DNA of 64,000 nt from the NCBI RefSeq assembly GCF_006345805.1, contig NC_043001.1:30814001-30878000 (forward strand), written 5' to 3'. Below are positions 38,661 through 51,056 of this stretch, piece after piece (position 1 is the stretch's first letter; every line of letters starts with the position of its first letter). The translations under genes were made by a program, and so were the position numbers. Source of the DNA: Octopus sinensis (Eukaryota). The notes beneath the pieces were generated by a model that worked only from the letters and a program-made list of their open reading frames with translations, was not told the origin of the DNA and made no database searches.

Positions 38661-39137
38661 AACACACACACAAACACACATATACATATACATAAATATA
38701 TATATATATATATGGTAAGAGGCTTGCTTACCAACCACATGGTTCCAGGTTCAATCCCACTGTGTGGCACCTTTGGCAAGTGTCTTCTGCTATAGCCTTG
38801 GGCTAACCAAAGCCTTGTGAATGGATTTGGTAAATGGAAACTTGTTGGTGTGTTTACGTCCCTGTAACTTAGCGGTTCGGCAAAGAGACCAATAGAATAA
38901 GTTACTAGGCTTACAAAGAATAAGTCCCGGGGTCGATTTCTTTGACTAAAGGTGGTGCTCCAGCATGGCCACAGTCAAATGACTGAAACAAATAAAAGAA
39001 TATATATATAAAATAACTGAATGACTCTGATTTCTGGTACTCAGAGTTGCTAGTTTTCAGTCATTAAAGAATACATTCCATTTGTACTGAGTAACTTATC
39101 ACTTCTGGTGAATTAACACATACACACCACACACACT

Positions 39138-39191
<54 letters not shown>

Positions 39192-39656
39192 TGTGTGTTT
39201 GTCATGTAAAAAACACCCACTATTCTCTTGGAGTGGTTGGCGTTAGGAAGGGGGCATCCAGCTGTGGAAATCTTGCCAGATCAGATTGGAGCCTGGTGCA
39301 GCCTCCTGGTTTTCTAGTCTTCAGTCAAACCATCCAACCCATGCCAGCATGGAAAGTGGATGTTAAACGATGACGATGCTGCTGCTGCTGATGATATATA
39401 CATGGAAGTAGGGATCAAATGAATCAGCTATACTGCTCTCTCATATGTATCTGATAGGGGCTCTTGCCAAACATCACTAGTGTTGGTGGCATGTAAAAAA
39501 ACATCCAATACATACTATAAAGTGGGTGGTATTAATAAGGGCACCCAACTGTTGAAATCAAGCTGAAGGTGACATTGGAGCTTCATTAAACTGTTCGACC
39601 CTTGCCAACATGGGAAATGGATGTTAGAAGAACAAGTTGTAGTAGTAGTAGTAGTA

Positions 39657-39687
<31 letters not shown>

Positions 39688-40358
39688 TGTTGTTGTTGTA
39701 GTTATATAACTAAATAATCCTTAGCCTAGAGTTTTATTCAATAGTTTTATTTTTTCATCATCATCATCGTTTAATGTCTGCTTTCCATGCTAGCATAGGT
39801 TGGACGATTTTGACTGAGGGCTGGTGAACCAGATGGCTGCACCAGACTCCAATCTTGGTCTGGCAGAGTTTCTACAGCTTGATGCATTCCTAATGCCAAC
39901 CACTCCGAGAGTGTAGTGGGTGCTTTTACATGCCACCGGCACAGGGGCCAGTCAGGTGGTACTGGCAATGACCTCGCTCGAATCTTTTTACACATACCAC
40001 CAGCACAGGTGCCAGTAAGGCAATGCCGTTAACGATCACGCTCGAATGGTGCCTTTTACGTGCCCACCGGCACGGAAGCCAATTAGCTGCTCTGGCAACG
40101 ATCACACTCGGATGGTGCTCTTGGCACCCTACTAGCACGGGCATAAGTGCCAGTAAGGCGATGCTGGTAACGATCACACTTGAATGGTGCCTTTTACGTG
40201 CCCACTGGCACGGAAGCCAGCTAGCTGCTCTGTCAACGATCACACTCATATGGTGCTTTTTGCACCCCACTAGCACGGATGCCAGTCATCGAATTTGATT
40301 TTAGTCATTGAATTTGATTTTCATTTTATGATTTTTAAAAAATTTTATCTTTTGACAG

Positions 40359-40503
40359 AAAATGAATGTTTCTGAAGACTACAATGTTGGATTACGCTTG
40401 TTGCTTCGGATGAGTGGTATTGCAAAACAGTTCATCCAGAAATACTTAAATCACAATATTTACCATTATTCCACAAAGGTTATTTGCAAAGATAAATGGA
40501 ATG
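40359..40503 (+). CDS. P3H: P3H-like exon (KMNVSEDY...IAKQFIQKYLNHNIYHYSTKVICKDKWN)
   Basis: tttgacag acceptor, G|gtaaga donor, phase 0-1. Resembles P3H1 KVRRIMESYFRLDTPLYFSYSHLVCR. Confidence 0.85.
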
Positions 40504-42015
40504 GTAAGAATAGACTATATTATTGTTGTTAATCTTATTTTCATAATATCATTAAGTAAACATTTGTATTTTCAAATTTATTATTTTTACTGAGGAGAGT
40601 AAATGATCTCTGGATATTTTGACTTTTTCTCCTTTCTCTTTTTGTGAAAGATGTTAAATAAAGGTTGATATGTATCTTTGTCAGAGGAGTTAGTCCTTTC
40701 CTAAACCTTTGTTTATATAATTCCCAAAAATATTTTACATTTTATTTTTAAACCTTTAGCATCCAAATTATTCTGTGTAACACTTATTTATTCACAGTGT
40801 TATGAATAATCATATGTTATCTCATAGCTTTGAGATTTCATTGATGTGCTTGCTTATTTTTCAGAATGACATTGTAGGGTATTGTGAGAAGCCTGATCAG
40901 GCCAGTCTGAACATAAAAACAAGGTAGAATATTTGTGTTGGATATAGCTTGTCTAAATGCTAAAGGGTTGTGAAAATGCCTGACGTAATGGTTAGGGATA
41001 TTTGGTTCCTGGAAATATGCTGTGCTTGAGAAGACCCGGCAAGCCAAGTGAGACCATAACCTCGTGGCCTATGCCAGGGGTGTATCCAGCCCACTTATGT
41101 GTACCTTTCCTTCATTGGACACTAAACTCTGCTTGCGAAGACCTGTTGAGGCAAGTGAAATTGAAATCAAAATCAAATTCGCTGACTGGCATCTGTGCTA
41201 GTGGAGTGCTAAGAGCACCATCCGAGCGTGATTGTTGCCAGAGCAGCTAACTAGTTTCCATGCTGGTGGCCCGTAAAAAGCACCATTTGAGTGTGATCGT
41301 TACCAGCATCGCCTTACTGGCACATTGTGCCAGTGGCACATGAAAAAGACATTCGAGCGAGGTCATTGCCATTGCTGCTGGACTAGCTCCTGTGCAGGTA
41401 GCACATTAAAGGCACTATTTGAGCGTGGCCGTTGCCAGTACCACCTGACTGGCCCTCGTGTCAGTGGCATGTAAAAGCACCAGCTACACTCTCAGAGTGG
41501 TTCGTGTTAGGAAGTGCATCCAGCTGTAGAAACTCTACCAGATCAAGATTGGAGCCTGGTGCAGCCATCTGGTTCACCAGTCCTCAGTCAAATCGTCCAA
41601 CCCATACTAGCATGGAAAGCGGACGTTAAACAATGATGATGATGATGATGATGATTGTAAGGATGTGAATTCAATTCCCGGCAGCAGGGCACATGTTGTT
41701 CTTGGACAAGACACTTTATTTCACATTGCTCCAGCCCACACAGCTGGCAAAACGAGCTGTGCCTATAATTCAAATGGTCAACCATGCCACATTCTGTGTC
41801 ACTGAGAACTACTTTAAGGTATGTGTATTTGTGGAGTACTCAGCCACTTGCAAGTTAATTTCATGAGCAGGCTGTTCTATTGATCAAAGCTTTTGTTATA
41901 AAATGTTCTCTACATGTTATACAAGATGTTGCATGATTCCCCAGACTAAGGCAACTCATTGAAATTTATCCAAACTTAATTTTGTTTAATATTGAATTCT
42001 CATTTTTATTTTCAG

Positions 42016-42079
42016 GGCATTGTTTCCTCACTGAGTCTGGTAAATGTCTTTCAGAATTTGTTCCAGAAGGGAGTTTTCA
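42016..42079 (+). CDS. P3H: P3H-like exon (GHCFLTESGKCLSEFVPEGSFQ)
   Basis: ttttcag acceptor, CA|gttagt donor, phase 1-2. Keeps the two Cys of P3H1 DNCILNAETLVCVKE but has no HxD motif. Confidence 0.8.
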
Positions 42080-42419
42080 GTTAGTAATCATTTGATTTTT
42101 ATTCTAGATGTTGTTTGTAATTTTTGATAGTTTTCAGTTTGGCATTGAGTAAAAGCATCATTTTCAAAACATAATTATGTAATGCATCACAAGCTATGTT
42201 TCAACACATGAGTCAAACCTTCCATTTAAGAATCCTAAAGATAAACATCTCTAGAACAGGGGAGGTCAGCAACTTTCCCTTGCTAGTCTGGCGTCCACAG
42301 ACTAGTTTTGTGGTATTTGCCTCTTATTAATGTAGAGTTGCTGAATCCAGCAGGCATCGCTGCTGACTGATTGTTCGAAGGATTATTTACCTAAATTCAG
42401 TAGGTAAATATATACTCTC

Positions 42420-42822
42420 TCTTTTACTCTTTTACTTGTTTCAGTCATTTGACTGTGGCCATGCTGGAGCACCGCCTTTAATCGAGTAACTCGACCCCGG
42501 GACTTATTCTTTTGTACGCCCAGTACTTATTCTATCGGTCTCTTTTGCCGAACCGCTAAGTAACGGGGACATAAACACACCAGCATCAGTTGTCAGGCGA
42601 TGCTAGGGGGACAGACGCACAAACACACACACACGCATATATATATATATACATATATACGACGGGCTTCTTTCAGTTTCCGTCTACCAAATCCACTCAC
42701 AAGGCATTGGTCGGCCCGAGGCTATAGTAGAAGATACTTGCCCAAGGTGCCACGCAATGGGACTGAACCCAGAACCATGTGGTTGGTAAGCAAGCTACTT
42801 ACCACACAGCCACTCCTGCGCC
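42420..42822 (-). mobile_element. tRNA-derived SINE (GGAGTGGCTGTGTGGTAAG family), young copy
   Basis: Full-length and CpG-rich; closely matches the + copy at 45609-46016. Confidence 0.88.
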
Positions 42823-42854
42823 TGTATATATATATATAAATATATATTTATTCC

Positions 42855-43033
42855 AGATTTAATTGCGAGCTACTATAAGTTTCATGTCTCTGATAATTCA
42901 ATAGATAGATGAGATTGTATTGCATAAATGATTTCTGAATGAATGCTCAGTAAATCATGGCATGCCATAGAAGCTCATCCAACTACTGTATTATTAGAGG
43001 CATGAAATTTATTGTAGCTTGCATTTAAATCCT
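42855..43033. repeat. Fold-back element with about 42-bp arms
   Basis: GATTTAATTGCGAGCTACTATAAGTTTCATGTCTCTGATAAT pairs imperfectly with ATTATTAGAGGCATGAAATTTATTGTAGCTTGCATTTAAATC. The arms carry only a GAAAC...GUA half-motif. Confidence 0.7.
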
Positions 43034-43111
43034 GTGTATATTAGATGATATCTATCTCTCCCTGGGTGGAGTATTTTCTTTTTGTTGATTCCACCAGTAA
43101 CAGAACAGAAC

Positions 43112-43156
<45 letters not shown>

Positions 43157-43224
43157 TGTAATTTAGGGTATCTACAAGATGCCGCCATGCTGAAAATAGC
43201 TGCCATTATATATATATATTTATA

Positions 43225-43258
<34 letters not shown>

Positions 43259-43530
43259 TTGACAATTAGTAAACATTTAATCATTAAAGTAGAAAATAAT
43301 CGTCAGAAAAGTTATTCATCTTCACTTTTACAAATATACACTCCTGCACCAAGTATTCTCTATATACATACATTTTACACCAACAAGTTATGTATCGAAG
43401 AAGAAACTTTGGAAAATTTTCTACAGATTTCTATTTATTTTTGTTTGTAAGGTTTTTATAATTTTTTTTGCTTTTTTCTATGATTGACACTTCTGAGATT
43501 ACGTGTTCCCATTTGTTTTTCTATTTCCAG

Positions 43531-43594
43531 GAGTATAACACATCTTTCAAGCATTCCTAAAGCTGGTGGGAGTTATTTTGCTAAGCCTGAAGAG
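43531..43594 (+). CDS. P3H: P3H-like exon (SITHLSSIPKAGGSYFAKPEE)
   Basis: tttccag acceptor, GAG|gtagtg donor, phase 2-0. Equivalent to P3H1 SAILYLNGDFDGGNFYF. Confidence 0.8.
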
Positions 43595-44772
43595 GTAGTG
43601 TTGTTATTTTCTTTTCATTTCTTTTAGTTCTTTCTAATCATTAAACTTCCTGAGTATAACTGTTTACATTGGGCCCTAGTATTTACTTATTGACTGATAC
43701 TTACTTTATTATCATCAAATGGAGGAAAAGCAAAACGAACCTAAGTGGGGTTTGAACTCAGAATGTAAAGGGATGCCACTGGACACTATAAATCAATCAG
43801 AGTTGAACTCTATAGATATGGTAATTGAGCCAGATAAATGTGTTTGAGATATAAGTGAAACTGTCTCTTATATATTTCTTTCCTGCCCACAAGGAGCTAA
43901 ACATAGAGGGGACAAACAAACGGATTAAGTCGATTACATCGACCCCAAGGCGGTGAGCTGGCAGAAACATTAGCACACCGGGCGAAATGCTTAGCGGTAT
44001 TGCGTCTGTCGTTGCGTTCTGAGTTCAAATTCCGCCGAGGTCGACTTTGCCTTTCATCCTTTCGGGGTCGATAAATTAAGTACCAGTTACGCACTGGGGT
44101 CGATGTAATCGACTTAATCCGTTTGTCTGTCCTTGTTTGTCCCCTCTATGTTTAGCCCCTTGTGGGCAATAAAGAAACAGATTACATCGACCCCAATGCG
44201 AAACTGGTACTTTATTTATCGACCCCGAAAGGATGAAAGGCAAAGTCGACCTCGGCGGAATTTGAACTCAGACAAAATACCGCTAAGCATTTCGCCCGGC
44301 GTGCTAACGTTTCTGCCAGCTCGCTGCCATATTCTCTTATATTTTTGTCCAGGGTCTCGTGGTTTCCAAAGTGTGGAGCTATGTCAAAGAGCTAATGATG
44401 CTTTTGGTCAAACCATCCATCATATCAATGATCAAAATCAGTCACTAATTATAATTCATTTATTGATATTGATGGTGGTAAGTCTCATAGCCCACTGAAT
44501 CACAAGCATCACTGAAGCCTTCCTTGTCATGCAACCTGGCTGAGTGCATTCTTCTCCATTAAGTTGAATGCTGTTTAACTTAGCCCCTGCAAGTTCGCAA
44601 ATCATTTCCCAATTATTGTGCTCAATTTGTTCATGTATTGTACCTGCATACTATCTATTTATTGACTAATTAGGATACACTGAGTGGTTATAGACATGAT
44701 GTTGAGTAACCCAGTACTCAATTGACTCTGCTAGCTATTTGGTTTTAATTAATTTTTTCTTCACTGTTATAG

Positions 44773-45123
44773 ATAATTATTCGACCAAGGTGTGGCAGAA
44801 TGGTCCTCTTCAGGTCAACAGATCCACTTGGTGTGAAACCTTTCAACGAATCAGAAATGGAAAGATGTGTTTTGTGGAATGTTTTTGGAAATGACCCCAT
44901 GCAAAATGAAATCGACCATTTAGATGCTCTGATCCTTCTTAGGAACATGGACCAGCAGATTATGTTGAATACTTCTGAAAGCCGAAGCCAAGTATTAAAT
45001 GATCTATTAAATCAAGGAGTTGAAGTGGTCTCTACTGAGAAAGAGATGCTGGGCAAAGAAAGATTTATTGCCGATGGGTTGGCATCGAAAGCTGAATGTG
45101 AAACTCTCATTGATTTAGCTAAT
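44773..45123 (+). CDS. P3H: P3H-like exon: end of domain 1, linker, start of domain 2
   Basis: ttatag acceptor, AAT|gtaagt donor, 351 nt, phase 0-0. RPRCGRMVLFRSTDPLGVKPF...ERC...DP matches P3H QPQCGRAVGFSSGTENPHGVKAV...QRC...LDP. QGVEVV...GKERFIADGLASKAECETLIDLAN then restarts the domain. Confidence 0.92.
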
Positions 45124-45181
45124 GTAAGTTTGTTCAGTATTTGTCTTTCCTTATTCCTGTTTCATTGTATAGAAATTGCTG

Positions 45182-45342
45182 AATAGATATTTGATGATAA
45201 TGTATTGGATATTTGATACAATAGATAACAATAATAGATATTTGATGATATTGTATTGGGAGTCAACAATAATGAATATTTGATATAACGGATAAGAATA
45301 ATAGATATTTGATGATAGTGTAATGAGAGTCAACAATAATGG
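45182..45342. repeat. Degenerate minisatellite
   Basis: AATAGATATTTGATGATA occurs three times, with GAGTCAACAATAATG sub-repeats. Confidence 0.7.
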
Positions 45343-45608
45343 AAGGGCCTCAAACTAAATGCCTTGTAAGAGAGTGTACACAAGTATACTTGATGTAGTA
45401 AACTTTAAGATTTAATCAATTGAAATTATCACCCTACTGAAGAAAATGTTTAGCTCTCTTAATTTTAGCTGATAAAAAGGCAGGGGAAATAACCTTGAAA
45501 ATTTTGTTAAAATAAAATATAGAAAATGATGGGGAATGTATGAGCTTTAACAGTGCAGTGACAACCAGGTACATATTTCAGTTTTATTACTCCTCACAAC
45601 ATAGTGAG

Positions 45609-46016
45609 GTGCAGGAGTGGCTGTGTGGTAAGTAGCTTGCTTACCAACCACATGGTTTGGGGTTCAGTCCCACTGCGTGGCACCTTGGGCAAGTGTCTTC
45701 TACTATAGCCTCGGGCCGACCAAAGCCTTGTGAGTGGATTTGGTAGACGGAAACTGAAAGAAGCCTGTCGTATATATGTATATATATATATATATGTGCG
45801 TGTGTGTGTGTCTGTGTTTGTCCCCCTAGCATTGCTTGACAACCGATGCTGGTGTGTTTATGTCCCCGTTACTTAGCGGTTCGGCAAAAGAGACAGATAG
45901 AATAAGTACTGGGCTTACAAAAGAATAAGTCCCGGGGTCGAGTTGCTCGATTAAAGGCGGTGCTCTAGCATGGCCGCAGTCAAATGACTGAAACAAGTGA
46001 AAGAGAGAAAGAGAGA
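45609..46016 (+). mobile_element. tRNA-derived SINE (GGAGTGGCTGTGTGGTAAG family), young copy
   Basis: Full-length head to tail. Confidence 0.88.
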
Positions 46017-46169
46017 ATAGTCTAAAACCAATACTGGATCTTAGAATGAGATTGGAAATGTTTGGTATTTTGTGAATGAGTCATTATAAATTATGATAGG
46101 TGAAAACAAATTTAATGTTTAAAACATAGAATAGTTAAAGTATATAAAAGGTCTCTCTCTCTCCCTTTG

Positions 46170-47640
46170 GTCGCTACATAAACAACTGTATAGGTGCCAC
46201 CTCCCTCTCCCACGAACAACTCTGCCACTTCATCTCTTTCCTCTCTAAGTTTCACCCTTCTCTCCAATTTACCTCTACCGTCTCTAACACCTCAGTTAAC
46301 TTCCTAGATATCTCTCTTACCATTGACCTCCCCTCCCACTTGTCACCACCTCCACCTTCTTCAAACACGCAAATTCCCACCTCTACCTCAACTTCTCCTC
46401 CTCCCACACCAAACGGACCATCCCCTACTCCCAGTTCCTCTGCCTCCGACACTTGTGCAGCTGGGACCAGGATTTCAAGACCCAGTCCCAATACCTTGTC
46501 TGCCTGTTCATGCATCGAGGATACCCCTCAACCCTTCTCCAAACCGCCCTTGCTCGCACTCGTCTAATCGATCGCACCACCGCCCTTTATCCTTCCCCAC
46601 ACCAATCCCCTAACTGCACCCCCTTTCCCCTCCTTTTCCACACCTCCACACTACCCCTTCGTTGGAGGATCCTACGAACCTTCCATTGTCTCCAGCTAGA
46701 TCCCACCACCCACACCATTTTCCCCCACATACATGGGCATATACACATGCACATGCACACAGGAACGCACATATACTCCACACACACACACATGCATATA
46801 CACACACACAGACGCATGCATACACACACAAAACACACACACACAACATATACATACACTCACACACATACATACATACTTCAAACTGCCTGTCAAACAC
46901 CTTTCTACCAACCTATTTCTTTACTACCCACAAGGGGCTAAACACAGAGAGGACAAACAAGGACAGACATAGGTATTAAGTCGATTACATCGACCCCAGT
47001 GCGTAGCTGGTACTTAATTTATCGACCCCGAAAGGATGAAAGGCAAAGTCGACCTCGGCGGAATTTGAACTCACAACGTAACGCAGACGAAATACCGCTA
47101 AGCATTTCCCCCGGCGTGTTAACGTTTCTGCCAGCTCGCCACCTTTCTACCAACCATTCCTCTACACACATGTGAAGAGACACACAACTACACAAAAGAC
47201 CACCACTCCTGATACCATGCTGCTGAATCCCTCCAACATTAAGAGACACAAAGTTCACTCACACATACACATATAAATAGCCAAAACCATATGCACACCA
47301 TACACACAACATATATACACACACGTACATAGATTTGCATGCATGCACATACCCACACATACCTCCTTCTCTTACACTCTTCTGTCTTAGAAAGAACTTT
47401 TTCTTCACCCATTCCCTTCTGGTCATTTCAAAATGTAACCACGTGAATTGTTGGCGATTTTCTTCCTCTGTCTTCCTTTCCATTGAACTTTCCACTGTTT
47501 CTGAAGAAGAGCATTGCTCAGAACGTTAAACCACCTCTCTTTCCTTCCCTGAGCATCTGCTAATACTTTACATGTACAACATTCTGGTGTTGTTGTTTTT
47601 TGTGTTTTACCATTGCACACTGGTAAAACATTGTACACTG
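46170..47640 (+). mobile_element. Penelope-like retroelement remnant interrupted by microsatellite and SINE
   Basis: FHPSLQFT...VNFLDISL RT motif and CSWDQDF...RGYP...LQLDPTTHTIFP thumb region. 3' hammerhead-like GUUU-CUGAAGA-AGAGCAUUGCUC-AGAA-CG-UU-AAAC at 47497-47531. Confidence 0.78.
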
Positions 47641-47760
47641 CTGTCTAAATTAATTTTCTGTATACACATTAGCAATTTGCAAAATCATCCATAGATTTTT
47701 ATGGTGAAACGAAATGTACTGACAGAAAATTAAATCTGGAATCTGCTGAAGTCAAGCCAG

Positions 47761-47812
47761 TCCTTACTGATGAGGCAACGGAAATTGCTGAAACTGAACA
47801 GTCAGTATAGGG
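47761..47812 (+). ncRNA. Hammerhead-like motif, intact core but defective stem I
   Basis: CUGAUGA-GGCAA-CGGAAA-UUGCU-GAAA-CUG-AA-CAG-UC; the flanks (UCCUUA / AGUAUAGGG) do not pair in register. Confidence 0.5.
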
Positions 47813-48302
47813 AATTCTTGATCAGTATTTTCTGGTAATTATATTCCCTGTCAGTATATATGTCTACAATTGTGTGCTTTGACTACAGTATTAGAGCATT
47901 TTAGCTCTTATTTCTAGCAATGTAGGTATTTCTAACACCCTAGCAGGAGTGGCTATGTGGTAAGAAGCTTTCTTCCCAACTACATGGTTCTGGGTTCAGT
48001 ACCACTTTGTGCAAATGTCTTCTACTATAGCATCAGGTTGACCAAAGCCTTGTGAATGGATTTGGTAGACAGAAGCCTGTCATGTGTATATATATATATA
48101 GTGAGAATTTACAAAAAAACAAAAGACGAAGACGGGTGTGTAAACAACATACAGATGTATTAGTTTAATGCTCAGGAAGTGAGAAAGTCTTTTATGTTTC
48201 GAGCCTATGCTCTTCAACAGAACGCAACACAAAAATAAACAGGGAGAGAAAATAGAAAAGGGTTTAGTGGCTAGCAATCTATCATGGTGAATGTATATAT
48301 AT

Positions 48303-48367
<65 letters not shown>

Positions 48368-50960
48368 TCATCATCATTTGTGTGTCTGTGTTTGTCTCCC
48401 CTACCATCACTTGACAACTGATGTTGGTGTGTTTATTCCCCCCCCCCCATAATTTAGCAGTTTGGCAAAAGAGACCGATAGAATAAGTACTAGGCTTACA
48501 AAGAATAAGTCCTCCAGCATGGCCACAGTCAAATGACTGAAACAAGTAAAAGAATAAAAAAATATATATACATAGCTTTGTGTCTTGGTACCCATTAAAA
48601 ATCACATCATTGTCAACTTTGCTTATTATCTCTCAATTGTTGATAAAATTAGCACAAAAGATATGCTGGAATGGATTTAATCAACTCTGCTTCTCTCATT
48701 ATTATTTAGGAATATAATTATATTAGGAATATAATGAAGCTGGTTATATCTGTTTGTTACAATAATGACAAAGCATAATAGTGGTATATTCACTTGTGAT
48801 TACTCTAACATCAGGGAATCACAAAAACTATAAATGATTAACCTGAATATTTAAGTCACAGTCTTTTAGTATTTAGCAATCTGTCTCTTTGTAAAGAGAA
48901 AAAAGTTGCACAAGGGCCTCCAACTATAAAGGAAAATTCCAGTTTTTGAACACCCCTTCACTCACAAATGGTTGAAAGAGGTTCACTTAGCATACTTTTA
49001 TGAGGAGTTGGTAGCAGAAATGGTCGAGTTCTGAAATAAATCCCTTATATTTAGTTAATAGCCCTTTACGTTTTGAGTTTAAATCTTGTCAGAATCAAAT
49101 GCTCCTTTTACTTTTCAGGGTCGATAAGATAAATACCACTAAAAAAATCAGAGGTAGATTTCATTGTTCCTCTTTCCCAAGAATTTGTTGCAGTATACCA
49201 AAAATCAGAAATGAATATTGTTATTTATTTGTAGTTATTGTTCTTTTTATTTTATAATTAATTAAAACATCTTATTAATCAATTTTGAATGAAATATGTT
49301 TGCTTATTACTATTGCTATAGGATCAATAATGACTAGATCTTTGGATGACAATAAATTCTGTTCATTCCCTCTAGGTCTTCCTTTCATTAGGGCCACATA
49401 TCCTTGTTAATCAGAAGCTTTGAATTTATGGCGTCAATCATCTTAACCAAATTTTGTTTGAGCCATCTTACATTAAAATCAAGATATTTTATTTTTACCA
49501 TTTTCTGATTTTTCTTTCGTGTTTTCTGTTTTTCATCCTCAATACATGGGTTGGATAGTTTCTTGTCTCATGTGTTGACATTCTTATACTCTTGGAGCAA
49601 TTGTTTTTGCAGCTGGATGCTCTTTCTTCCACTAGCCACTCAACTGTGAAGTAAGAGTGGAATTTATTGTCAACTTGCAGGACAGAGAGGCAAATAGTCA
49701 TGCCTTGTCCAAGGGTACAAAACAGTGGCTGTACTAATGAATGAACTTATGACCATATGGTCATTAGTCCAAAACAAGTCACAGCCATCTGTTACATTTT
49801 ATTTTATTTTTATTCTATTTAAGTTGTAAATATCAATATTATCACACCTTTATTATTCCAGTGATTTTTAGCTACATTCTTCTGTTGACATCATTCATGT
49901 TTTACCATTTTATCATTGATTACTTGTATCACTCATTTACTTCTGCTATATTCATAAATCTGCTTCTATATTGAATTCAACCTCTCTTGCTCTTCTCTAC
50001 TCTTATAGATTTATTAAATATTCTAGTTTACTATATAAGACCTACCTCATTACATATACACACAAAGTTATTGCACATACTCTTGTTTTGATATAGCTAG
50101 AAGAGGAGCTCAGCATTTATTAATACACAACATATACACCTAGCCTCTTGCTTCAACACAACCTCTAATACATTATATTTGATTTCTGGACTGGGCTGTA
50201 TGTTGATTCCTGGGCTGTGTGTTGTGTTTTGTGCAAAACGCTTTATTTCATATTGTTCCAGTTCACTCAGCTGTAGAAATGAGTTGTGATGTCACTGGTG
50301 CCCAGCTGTGTTGGCTTTTGCCTTTGCCCTTGGGTAACATTGGTGGTGTGAAGAGGGGAGCCTGGTATGCATTGGTGACTGCTGGTCTTCCATAAACAAT
50401 CTTGCTCAGAGTTCTGCTTCAGAGGATAACTTTCTAGGTGCAATACCATGGTCATTCATGACTGAAGAAGGTTTTTACCCTTTACACACACACACGCGCG
50501 CGCGCACACACACATGCATGCATTAGTTGCTTCAGAATTGATTAAAAAGAAGTACCTCTCATAAAGTGAGAAATATGTTGATTTAATTAACTTCATAATT
50601 CCTCTGTAAATTTGGATTTTGTAATGTAAGAATAATATCATCCTTATTGATATTATCAGCATTAAGGTGGTGAGTTTGTAGAATCCGTAGCCCATCAGAC
50701 AAAATTCTTAGCAGCATTTTTCTGGCACTTTACGTTTTGAGCTCAAATCCTGTTGAGGTTAACCTTGCCTTTTGAGTTGATAAAATAAGTAGCAGTTATC
50801 AACTAACACCCACCTCACCCCTAAAATTGCTAGCCTTGTGCCTAAATTCAAAACCATTCTTATTATCTTATCTATTTGTTTAATTCTAATTCCAACACTA
50901 ACTTCAGTTTTCAGTCTGCTAATGTAATATTTTTAAAACTGATGCTTTTATTTCTTACAG

Positions 50961-51056
50961 GCAGGGGGCTCGTTAGGGGATGGCTATGACAGAGAAGCAT
51001 CTCCCCATTCAGCTAATGAGTATTTTGTGGGCCTGAGTATCCCAGGTGCTATCGAG
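50961..51056 (+). CDS. P3H: P3H-like domain 2 exon, variant A (AGGSLGDGYDREASPHSANEYFVGLSIPGAIE)
   Basis: ttcttacag acceptor, GAG|gtatta donor, 96 nt, phase 0-0. Carries the P3H motif GDGY-x4-SPH-x3-E-x-F-x-G. Too short for the ORF track. Confidence 0.88.

Noticed and set aside
46340-46567. Pro/Ser/Thr-rich ORFs
   Set aside because: Alternative frames of the C-rich Penelope-like remnant.
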